From: Heterodontus francisci
Lineage: Eukaryota
NCBI RefSeq assembly: GCF_036365525.1
Contig: NC_090372.1
Location: 204,886,298 to 204,950,297, forward strand
DNA: 64,000 nucleotides
Reading direction: 5' to 3'
In this document: positions 12,239 through 22,585 of the stretch, one piece after another
Position numbering within the stretch: position 1 is the stretch's first letter
Layout: each line of letters starts with the position of its first letter
The notes under the pieces: model-generated
Seen by the model: only the letters and a program-made list of their open reading frames with translations
What the model was told of the DNA's origin: nothing
Databases searched by the model: none
Position numbers and translations under genes: made by a program

Positions 12239-12480
12239 CTTGACATTCAACAGCATTACCATGGCTGAATTCACCAACAATCAACATCCTGGGGATTACT
12301 ATTAACAGGACCAGCCAAAAACTGGAACTCCCTTCCAAACAGCACGCGGGTGCACTTACACCAGATGGACTGCAGCGGTTCAAGAAAGCGCCTGACCACC
12401 ACCTTCTCAAGGGCAATTAGGGATGGGCAATAAATGCTGGCCTTGCCAGAGATGCCCACATCCCACGAATGAGTAAAAAG
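12239..12480 (+). mobile_element. Family-B LINE pieces in opposite orientation (internal piece plus 3' end)
   Basis: TTGACATTCAACAGCATTACC.. followed by CACCACCTTCTCAAGGGCAATTAGGGATGGGCAATAAATGCTGGCC. Confidence 0.75.
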
Positions 12481-13374
12481 ATTAGGCATGATTTGACAAA
12501 TGATTCCTTTTGTGGTGTAACATTCTATGAATCTATTCTTACACCAGTGACCTCACACATGGATGTGATGGTGCCTCCCAATGCAGCCTGCATTATTGTG
12601 TCTATTTAGAGCAATAACAGGTTTTCAAACTCGTTCTACAGTAAGCCAGTGCAACTTTAAAGGATCATAAAAATAAATGCCCCCCAGGCAGCATCAATGC
12701 TACATTTATTCAACCTCAAGTATTAATTCAATGGGGTGGGAGAGGTAATAGCTCCTTGATCCAGGTACTGAATTCCCATGCAACCCTTCCATTTATCCCT
12801 GACGCTAACTCTCGGAGTTCGGATTTATGCTTCATCCTGATGCTATTTGCATACAATTTCTTGGGAAATCCATTTATCAGGATTCATCTGGATTACACTC
12901 CGCTGAATATTGCTTACTTGAACGGGACAAGGTTATAACTGCAGGCAATGCGGAGACAACCACTGATGAATTAACCCCCTTGAGCCTCATTTGTGTTTGC
13001 CAGATTAACCCTATTGATGAGGATTTATAGCTACATATTATGAACCATGATATCATGCATCTCACTGGGATATATAGACTGTGGAGAAGGACTAATAGTA
13101 ATTTCCACAATAAAAAAATGTAACTGTTCTCTTCCGTAACTGGCCTTGACACTTATTATTGTGCAAAAAGATCTCAGCTTTTTCAACTTATGTTAGCCAT
13201 CCCTCCTTATCAGTAGCCTTCTTACATTAACTTATATTAACAATAATTCAAGATTGACTCCAATGAATTGATGTCGGCTGAACTTAAGTACCGTATAAAA
13301 TGAGATTGATTGTATTCTTCTTTGTACTACTCACTTCAATCATTACGCAATTCAGGCATCTGATTTATTATAAA

Positions 13375-13735
13375 CAAAGGAAGAACTTGTTTATAATATA
13401 GCACCCTTCCCATCCTCAGGACATCTGCTTCACTACACTTGTGAAGTGTATTCACTGTGGTTATGTAGGCAATGCATCAGCCATTCAAGCACAGCAAGGT
13501 CCCACTAACAGCATAGAGATGTATGCCTTGGGGATTAATCAGTTTATATGGTGCTTATTTAAATGTTGAACAGAAAAATTCCCAGGATCTTCTTCAAATA
13601 GTTATTACCAAGTAGCTGAGCAGCTGAGACAGGGTCTCGGTTTAACGTCTCATCCGAAAAACCGAACTGCAGAACTCAGTGTCAGCCTAGATTTCTTGCT
13701 CAAGAACTGAGAGTAGGGATTGACCATAGCCTTTG
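13375..13735 (-). mobile_element. Degenerate Deu-domain SINE
   Basis: GCACAGCAAGGTCCCAC, GGTTTAACGTCTCATCCGAAA and GTGTCAGCCTAGAT motifs. Confidence 0.6.
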
Positions 13736-14077
13736 ATAAGAGATGAGTGTAAGCAGTTACTTCAGTTTAAGTTTTAGGTGCCAGTTATGGCTTAGTTACA
13801 ATCTGGAAGGCACTGCCTGAAGAGTTGGTGGAAGCATTTTCAACTGTTACATTCAAAAGAGAATTAAATATGTACTTTACAAAGCATGAACTCAATGGGC
13901 CGAATGGCCTCCCTCTGTGCCTTAAATGACTCAATGACTCTAAAACTTTTGGGGAGTGAAACCAGGATCAAGTATCAGCGAGGAGAAACAAAGTGCATAG
14001 AGGATTGGGAGAGACAAATAGAATTAGAATAATGCATAATCTTGAAAGAGGAGGGAACGGACAGCAGGGATGCAGGG

Positions 14078-14470
14078 GAGCTGTGGCTCAGCTGGCCGTA
14101 TTGTTGCCTCTGAGCTAAAAGTTACGGGTTCAAATCCCACTCCAGAGACTTGAGCACGAAAATGTAGGCTGACACTCCTGTGCAGTACTGCAGGAGCACT
14201 TTGCTGTACATCAGAAAGCATGTTAAACTGAGAACCCACCTGCTCTTGCAGGTGGATGTAAAAGATCCCATGGCACTATTTCAAAGCAAGGGAGCCATCC
14301 CTGGTGTTCTGGCTGTCATCTTTCTGTCAATCAACATCACAAAAACAGATGGATCTGGCCATTTTCATATTGCTAATTGTGGGAGCTTGCTGTGTGCAAA
14401 TTGCCTATGTTGCCACTTCATTTACTTGAGGTTGTGAAAGGTGTTATCTAACTGCAAGTCTTTTGTTTTT
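14078..14470 (+). mobile_element. Near full-length tRNA-derived Deu-SINE (SacSINE1-like)
   Basis: A-box-like TGGCTCAGCTGG, B-box GGTTCAAATCC, Deu core GGTGGATGTAAAAGATCCCATGGCACTATTT and L2-type tail. Confidence 0.85.
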
Positions 14471-15024
14471 ATTCAAAGCAGACTAAAGCAGGTTTGGGGT
14501 GCACAGAGTGTAATAAATAAGGTTGCTGAGCTATAGGCACAAGTTGCTACGTGGGGGTTTATGATACAATGGCAAAGACTGAGATCTAGCTCAGACAAGG
14601 GCAGCAAAGGGAACTTAACATTCCTGGCTACACTGTGTTCCAGAAGAATAAGGAGTCAATGATTCTCGGATCTGAACTAAAAGGATATCGACAGAGCAAA
14701 CTTGGAACGATATTGTGTTGGCCGGCACAGAATAATGACCAGCCAGCTATTCCTGTTAAATTCACTGAAAGCTCCTATTGATTGTACTATTTTGGTAAAG
14801 ACTGAATGTTTTTCATGAAATGTGAAATGAAAACCCCTTGAGTGACATCAATCTCCTCTGGACGCCCAGCAGTATTGATTGATGTGACATGGACCAACTA
14901 TCAATAACTTTTCAGTGTAGGAGGAGGCAGTGCTTCGCTTCAGTGCAGTTGCCAGTTCCTGGATTTCTAATGTATACTTTTATTCATTGACGTCCCTCAC
15001 CCTGTCTCCTTCTAGCCAGGCTTA

Positions 15025-15250
15025 AACAACAACACAATTTCTATTTATATGATGCCTGTAATGTTGTAACACATCTCAAGGTGCTTAACAGGAGCACTTA
15101 TTAAACAAAGTTTGACATCCAGCCACATAAAGAAATGTTAGGTGACCAAAAGCTTGGTCAAAGAAGGAGGTCTTAAGGAGCATCTTAAAGGAGGCAGAGA
15201 GGTTTAGGGAAGGAATTCCAGAGATTTGGGCCCAGGCAGCTGAAGGTTTG
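15025..15250 (-). mobile_element. L2 LINE 3' end fragment
   Basis: Reverse complement of the 10020-10240 type (GGCAGCTGAAGG, GGAATTCC, CCAAAAGCTTGGTCAAAG). Confidence 0.6.
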
Positions 15251-17184
15251 CAATGAATTTTCAGTGTCAAAGCAAAACACACACCAGAACTTAAGCGACA
15301 ATCTCATAACCACTGAAGGATAACTATTTGGAGACGAGGCTAATTTCCAAACAATCTATGATGAATTTCGTCGTGATGTTGTGGAGGCGAGTTGCTTTGG
15401 AATATTAATTTGTAAAGTATGTAAAATCCACAGTGAAACCATACCCATTATTAATAGAGAAGAAAAGGTCACGCATGCAGTTTTATTTTTACACCAGTAA
15501 CACATATCAAGTATCTGAAGGGAATAGAAAACCCGAAAGAGTGAAACTACCTACAAGGCTACAAATCAAGAGCTAGAAAGTGGGATTAGGCTGGACAAAG
15601 AGGTGATCTTGACTCCAGTGAAAATTTTGATGAGGAAAAATCTGACTCCAGCCCAGGATCCAGTGGAGAGTTGTTTTAATTTGAACAAGCCCTCCCAAAA
15701 TTTGAGGAAAGGGAGGTAGAGGCATTTTTCATTTCTTGTGAAAAAAAGCTAGACTGAAGAAGTGGCCAAAGGAAAGCTGGACATACTTATGCAAAGCAGG
15801 TTGATGGGCAGAGCCCATGAGGTTTATGCTATGCTTGCTGAGGAGGCTTCTGCAGATTATGAGATGGCAAAAAGAGACTATTCTTGCTGCTTATGAGTTG
15901 ATCCCTGAAGCTTACCTCTGGAGACAGGCTGGGCAGACTTATATAGAATTTGAGAGGGTAAAGCAAATTAATTTTGATTGTTGGATGTGGGCACTAAAGG
16001 TAGAGGCATATGTGAGAAACCTAGGGAAAAATTCTCCAGGAAGAATTTAAAAATTCACTCCCTCCAGTAGTAAAAGCCCATGTAGAGAACCAGAAGGTTT
16101 TATCACCAGACTGGCAGCAGAAATCGCGTATGATTATGAGTTTGTGTATAAGCCCACACTCTTTGTCATCCCAACAAACCTAAGAAAGATGGAAGGTGGG
16201 AGGGTGAAAGAAAGGCAAGTAGTCGGGGACAAGAAGAGACAGCTGTGAATACCCTGGGATCTCCTCCTCAGGCCAGAGAGGAAGATGCTGAGGGTGGAAG
16301 GGAGGTCTGCAAGGCTAAGTATTACCATTGTCACAAGGTGGAACACCTTCATGCAGAATGCTGGAGGTTGCGGGGTAAACCTATCGGACTTATTGGGGTA
16401 CGCAAAGCCAATGTAGTGAAAGGGGCCCTGACTGAGAGCATAACAGATCAAGTTGTAGCTCTGACTGCAGCTGTAAGGCCAAGTACAAAAACCACTGTGA
16501 GTATGGGGGATGTGAATAAGATACCTGAGAGTTATAAGGATTTCTTGTCAAAAGGAAAAGTAACTCCTTATCCTTCAAGTGAGGCAGGTAAACTTATAGT
16601 TATACTTAGGGATACAGGAGCAACCCAAACTCTTTTGCTGGGAAAAGGCATAACTTTCCACCAAAGAGCACACTGGATGCCAAGGTATTAGTGAATGGTA
16701 TCGGCGGGGAGTATATACCCGTACCTTTGTATCGGGTGCACCTAGAGTGTGACCTAATGTCTGTAACTGTAACTGTAGGAGTTGTCCATAGTTTGCCGGT
16801 AGACAGAGTTGACTTACTCCTGGGGAATGATTTGGCTCGAGTGAAGGTAGTAGCTTCTCCAATAGTCACGGAAAAACCAAGTGACGTTAAAGAGACAGAA
16901 TAGTTTCAGGAAAAGTTTCCAGGAATTTCTCCTTCATGTTTATTGACCCGATCAATGGCTAAACAAATTCCATTGTTGGAGGTAAAGTTGGCACCACAGA
17001 CAGATAGCCGAATATCTGAAACTTTCTTTGGGGATTTGGATAATCCGAAGGAAATGTTCAGCAAGTTTTCTTTGATCAAGGCTCGGCAAGTCGATCCAGA
17101 GTTAAATAAAGTGGCACAATCAGCTCGAACAGAAGCTGAAGCAAAGGGAGTTCCGGAAGGATACTATATTAAAAATGGGTTCTG

Positions 17185-18637
17185 GTGAGAAAGTGGCGAC
17201 CTCCTCACAGACCTGCGGATGAAGAATGGACAGCTGTTCACCAGATAGTGATACCGCCAAAGCATCACGGGGAAATATTAAGCACAGCTCATGAAATTCC
17301 TATAGCAGGACATGTGGGGATCAGGAAGACCCAATCACTCATAGGTCAACATTTTTACAGTCCAGGTCTTTCCAAGGATGTGATGCAGTTTTGTAAAATG
17401 TGCCATACATGCCAGATTGTGGGAAAACCGCAACTTGCCACAAAACTGGCACCTCTAATTCCCAAACCCGTTTTTGGGGAACCATTTAGTAGGGTGTTGG
17501 TAGACTGTGTAGGACCTTTACTGAAAACAAAAGCGGGATACCAATATACATTGCACATATGTATGCACAGTGGCGCAGTGGTTAGCACTGCAGCCTCACA
17601 GCTCCAGACCACCTGGGTTCAGTTCTGGGTACTACCTGCGCAGAGTTTGCAAGTTCTCTCTGTGACCATGTGGGTTTCTGCTGGGTGCTCCTGTTTCCTC
17701 CTACAGCCAAAGACTTGCAGGTTGATAGGTAAATTGGTCATTGTAAATTGCCCCCAGTGTAGGTAGGTGGTAGGAGAATTGAGAGAAAGTGGGGATGTGA
17801 TAGGGAATATGGGGTTAATGTGGGATTAGTATAAATGGGTGGTTGATGGTTGGCACAGACTCGGTGGGCCTGTTTCAGTGCTGTACGACTATATATTCAT
17901 GATCATGGATATGGCTACTTGGTTCCCAGAGCCATTACCTTGAGAACAATATCTGCTAAGGCAGTGGTAGATAAGTTAACCCAGTTCTTCACTAGATGTG
18001 GATGACTGTTTGAGATTCAGTCAGATCAACGTTCCAATTTTAAGTCTAAAATTTTTCAGGAAGTTATGGGTAATTTGGGTCTAACACAGTTAAAGTTTTC
18101 AGCACACCACCCACAGACACAAGGGGCTTTAGAACGGTACCATCAGACCCTCAAAACAATGATCAAGGCATATTGTCATGAATATCCCCATGATTGGGAC
18201 AAAGGGCTAGAATTTCTTTGGTTTGAAACTAGGGATTTACCTAATGAGTCTACCAGTTTTAGTCCTTTTGATTTAGTTTATGGACATGAGGTAAGAGGTC
18301 CTCTAAAACTAACTAAAGAAAGGTTTTTAGAACAGAGGGATGAATCTTCTGTCTTATATTATGTGTTACCAGGAACGGCTCACAAGAGCCTGCAAAGTGG
18401 GCCGGGAAAACCTTAAAGCTTCCCAAACAACTATGAAGACATGGGCAGACAAGCGTGCTAAGACTCGAACATTTCAACCAGGGGATGAGGTCTTAGTATT
18501 ATTGTCTTTACAGGATGAACCACTGAAAGCAAGGTTCACTGGTCCATATAAAGTGGTCAAAAGAATTGGTAAAGTAAATTATTTGATTGACACCCCAGAT
18601 CGCCGGAAGAAGAATAGCCTGTGTCATATTAATATGT
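17185..18637 (+). pseudogene. Integrase of the Gmr1-like element (disrupted)
   Basis: HEIPIAGH..CKMCHTC, VDCVGPL, HPQTQGALER, ARFTGPYKV; frameshifts and a SINE insertion. Confidence 0.9.
17565..17891 (+). mobile_element. HE1-type V-SINE inserted in the integrase
   Basis: tRNA head TGGCGCAGTGGTTAGC..GGGTTCAG, V-domain GAGTTTGCAAGTTCTC..TGTGGGTTTC..GGTGCTCC and CR1-type 3' tail. It splits the integrase motif GYQY|IFMIMD. Confidence 0.9.
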
Positions 18638-19887
18638 TGTTGCGACCGAGGTGGGAGTAATGCATTGTTAATTCAGTCCTATTATTCCACAGATCAAAGC
18701 AAATTATTAAAGTTCCCACCTATTGGAAATTATCCAAATTAAACACTTTATTAACCCCAGAATAAAACACACCAAACCAGGTATCTTTAAACGACAACAA
18801 ATAACTATTTATTAATAAACTAAATCTTAAACAATACTGAGATAAATTTATGTCTGAAAAGACTTTATAACTTCTTATTCCTCCTAATCCTCATGCACAC
18901 ACACACACACACACACACATTCAAAAACCAACGGTTAACCGGTTCCAGAATGATGTTTTAAATTAGAGCTGTTTCTTAGGAATAATAAAACAACTGGGTT
19001 GTAAGTCTTGGTGGGTTACGCTTCTGGTATGGTGAGGTGTTCCAGAGTCAAATAGTCAGATGCCACTCAAAGTCTCCAGGCGAGTTTAATGAACAGTCTG
19101 TAATGGATTCACGGTATTTCAGCTGCAGTCGGCGTCACACAGATTTTTCGACAAGGAGTATAACAACAGGTCTATTTAGATTTTGAATTAGCAGTCTATC
19201 AGTAGAAACTTTACTGAGTTTTCAGAACTTGCAGAAACACGAAAGGCAACAAAAACGAGGACTGGGTCAACAAGCTGGTCACATGACCCACTGGTTCGTC
19301 CAGGGTTTTTTGAAATAGCCACAGAGTTTTCAGAACTCAGAAAGACTGTTTATTCCTGGAGTGAGAAGACCTCTGCTCTTTGCTCCTATCTCTTTCTCAC
19401 AAGCCTCTGGACTCACTGAGGACACATGAACTTCAAGAGAAAAAAGTCTCCTACATCGAACAAGGTTTAAGAAGAATATTGGGCCCCACCGAAAAGTAAG
19501 ACCTATCTACAATCAAGGACTTTACAGCGAGCTCGAAGAACAGTAACCAAAATCATCTTCAGATATTGCCTCAAACTTTTCCACTTTATTTCTTCTGCTC
19601 TTTTCTGTCTCTATCTGAATGCGTGTATCGCTTATGCATGCTAGCGTGGGCACGTCGCATATAGGCGTTAACTGAATTAGAGTTTAAGTTTAATAAAGTT
19701 CAACCTTTTTTCTTTAAACCTAAAAAAAACCTGTTTGGCTAGTTTCTTTGCCTTATAATTGGAAGTTAGTGAACAAGGATGCAAGGGGGTGCAAAAACAC
19801 GGTGTGTTTTAAATTGAACCCTGTTTCGGTAAGACCAGGTGAAGGCTGAGAGGAAACCCTAGGCCTGTTTCTCTCCTGGTCGTAACA
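18638..19887. mobile_element. LTR-like segment with TGTTGCGACC...GGTCGTAACA termini replacing the RT domain
   Basis: 10-bp inverted termini (9/10 match). The left half resembles the reverse complement of the host 3' LTR end; the right half has AATAAA at ~19691. Contains (CA)n at 18896-18919. Confidence 0.75.
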
Positions 19888-20262
19888 CTCTTCAAGGTAG
19901 CAATTGATGCTAGTGACCTGGGGGTTGGTGCAATCCTGTCACAAGATGATGAATCCGGCATAGAAAGGCCCGTGGGATACTTTTCCAAAAAGCTAAATCG
20001 ACACCCAAGATGATATTCAACAGTGGAAAAAAAAACCCTAGGTTTATTACTAGCTCTTAAGCATTTTGAAGTTCATGTTCATCACGACGACAGAGAGACA
20101 CTGGTATATACTGATCATAACCCCCTAGCCTTTGTGGAAAAAATCAAAAACCAGAATACTAGAGTATTCTGATGAAGTTTTACTATTGCAACCTTATCAC
20201 TTAAAGATTATCCACATTGCAGGAAAAAAATAATGTGATTGCGGATGCTTTGTCTTGGATTA
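19888..20262 (+). pseudogene. RNase H domain of the Gmr1-like element
   Basis: FKVAIDASDLGVGAILSQ..RPVGYFSKKL..YTDHNPL..NVIADALS, with stops and frameshifts. Confidence 0.9.
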
Positions 20263-20432
20263 AACTTTGCTTTGAGTTATCTGAGTGCAAAGATGGTACA
20301 AAGCAGAACTGTATGAGCTACGGGTAACGAGTGAATGTGTAAATGTGGTTTAATAGTTTTCATCTTCTGTTTTTCCATACTTTGTAATAAAATGCATCTG
20401 AAAATGGTGTTTCATTCCTCCAAGGATGGAGG

Positions 20433-22182
20433 TCTTATAAAAGTGGTTCCATTTTTATGTTAAATATTTTGAGGACTTGGGTTTTAAAACCGAAAAGGAT
20501 TCCGTAGATACCGGACATTGTGTTTTTTTTTCAAAAAGGGGTCTTTTAGACTTGTTTTGTAAACAACCCTTACTGGAAGTCACCTGTCTTCAGATAAGTA
20601 CCCAATGGTACAGGAGGATATTCACAGAGAAGTGACAGGTCAAGATTATAGGGGTCAGGAGACTTGACTCTTGAGATATTGATTTGATTTCACTTTGGAC
20701 AGTGAGTTGGGGTGTGGACAGTGTTTTGAAAGGAGTTTATAAATCAACCTGCCAAGGACAAGACCTCAGTTCAGCCTTTTCCATCTCTTTGAAAAGTCTG
20801 CCAGCTTTTCCATCTCAATGAGAAGCTCTTAGAAGTGAGTGTAAGAAATAGAGAAATTGATGCTGCATTCCTGCTGAAAGGCCTGCCTGAAACCCTTGTT
20901 GTCGCATTTCTCCTGGAAAGCCTGCCAAACTGATCCTTAAACAAAGAACAACAAAGTAAATTACAGCACAGGAACAGGCCCTTCGGCCCTCCAAGCCTGC
21001 GCCGATCCAGATCCTCTATCTAAACATGTCGCCTATTTTCTAAGGGTCTGTATCTCTTTACTTCCTGCCCATTCATGTATCTGTCTAGATACATCTTAAA
21101 AGACGCTATCGTGCCCGCGTCTACCACCTCCGCTGGCAATGCGTTCCAGGCACCCACCATCCTCTGCGTAAAGAACTTTCCACGCATATCCCCCCTAAAC
21201 TTTTCTCCTCTCACTTTGAACTCGTGACCCCTAGTAATTGAATCCCCCACTCTGGGAAAAAGCTTCTTGCTATCCACCCTGTCTATACCTCTCATGATTT
21301 TGTACACCTCAATCAGGTTTCCCCTCAACCTCCGTCTTTCTAATGAAAATAATCCTCTCTTCATAGCTAGCGCCCTCCATACCAGGCAACATCCTGGTGA
21401 ACCTCCTCTGCACCCTCTCCAAAGCATCTACATCCTTTTGGTAATGCGGCGACCAGAACTGCACGCAGTATTCCAAATGTGGCCGAACCAAAGTCTTATA
21501 CAATTGTAACATGACCTGCCAACTCCTGTACTCTATACCCCGTCCGATGAAGGAAAGCATGCCGTATGCCTTCTTGACCACTCTATTGACCTGCGTTGCC
21601 ACCTTCAGGGAACAATGGACCTGAACACCCAAATCTCTCTGTACATCAATTTTCCCCAGGACTTTTCCATTTAACATTGCCTGAAAAGAACTATTGTGGA
21701 AAGATCCCAGTGACAAATGTCTAAGCGTATTTAGGACGCCAGAAAAAAGGGACAACTGACAACTTTCCACATCTCTTTTTTTTCTTCAATAATTAGTAAG
21801 TATTTGGCCAAAGTATTCTTTTTGTCTTTTTTTTGCAACAGAAATAGCTTCATTTTTCAGTTAACCGGTATGTGTGTGTGTGTGTGGGGGGGAGGGGGGG
21901 AGCGGTTGGGGGGGATGGTGGTGGTGGGATTTAAAAAGGGAACTTTCATATTTCAATCTGTGTGTTAATGTTTTGCTTCGGTACTGGTTATGTCTTGTTT
22001 TATAATAAACTGATAGTTTTGCTGTTTATTAAAGAAACCTGGTTGGTGGATTTTATTCTGAAATAAAATAGAGTACATAATTGGCCATATTGGTAACTGG
22101 GTAACCATTTAAATATATGTTGTGACCTGTGGAGAAGTGGAACTAGAAAAAAAAGTGCACTCCTGCTACCACTGTCGTAACA
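20433..22182 (+). repeat. 3' LTR of the Gmr1-like element (split by a CR1)
   Basis: Follows purine tract AAGGATGGAGG, contains AATAAA (~22004) and ends GTCGTAACA. Confidence 0.7.
20939..21673 (-). mobile_element. Young 5'-truncated CR1 (ENRRHV subfamily) inside the LTR
   Basis: ORFs 21309-21770 and 21020-21427; near-identical to 23470-24220 apart from a 14-bp deletion at ~21356. Confidence 0.95.
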
Positions 22183-22184
22183 CA

Positions 22185-22495
22185 ATTCACACACAGTAAG
22201 CTCCCATAAGCTGCAGTGTGATAATGACCAGATAATCTGTTTTAGTGCTATTGATTGAGGAAACTCCCCTGCTCTTTGATATAGTACCACAGGATCTTTT
22301 ACATCCACCTGAAAGAGCAGACAGGACCTCAGTTTAACATTTCATCTGAAAGGCGGCATCTCTGACTATGCAGCACGCCCTCAGTCCTGCACTGGAGTGT
22401 CAGCCTAGACTTTGTGGTAAGTCTCTGGAGTTGGGCTTGAACTCATAAACACCCGACTCAGAGGTGAGAGTGGTACCAATTGAACCACAGCTGGC
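22185..22495 (-). mobile_element. Deu-domain SINE (tail truncated)
   Basis: GGATCTTTTACATCCACCTGA, GTGTCAGCCTAGA and B-box-like GGGCTTGAACTC. Confidence 0.75.
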
Positions 22496-22585
22496 ACTAT
22501 CATAGATCTCCCAACAGCCCATCGTAGCTAAGACAGCGCAGACTGGGCTTTGAATCTGGGACCCTCCTCATCTGAACGGCTCCGG

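Larger units (their letters stand above)
15600..22182 (+). mobile_element. Decayed Gmr1-like Ty3/Gypsy LTR retrotransposon (5' LTR and RT missing)
   Basis: SCAN-like gag ~15690-16140; degenerate zinc knuckle (HCHKVEHLHAEC); protease LRDTGA ~16607; integrase HHCC/core/GPY 17185-18637; RNase H 19888-20262; PPT ~20422; 3' LTR. Integrase precedes RNase H, as in the Gmr1 group. Confidence 0.9.

Noticed and set aside
14078-14150. tRNA gene (also 17565-17630, 26690-26749, 55670-55720)
   Set aside because: These are SINE/LINE heads: no complete cloverleaf, and each runs straight into a repeat body.
15341-15407. Imperfect hairpin with C-box-like ATGATGA (snoRNA or miRNA?)
   Set aside because: No D box (CTGA) before the 3' stem, too short for a C/D snoRNA, and the stem is too weak for a pre-miRNA.
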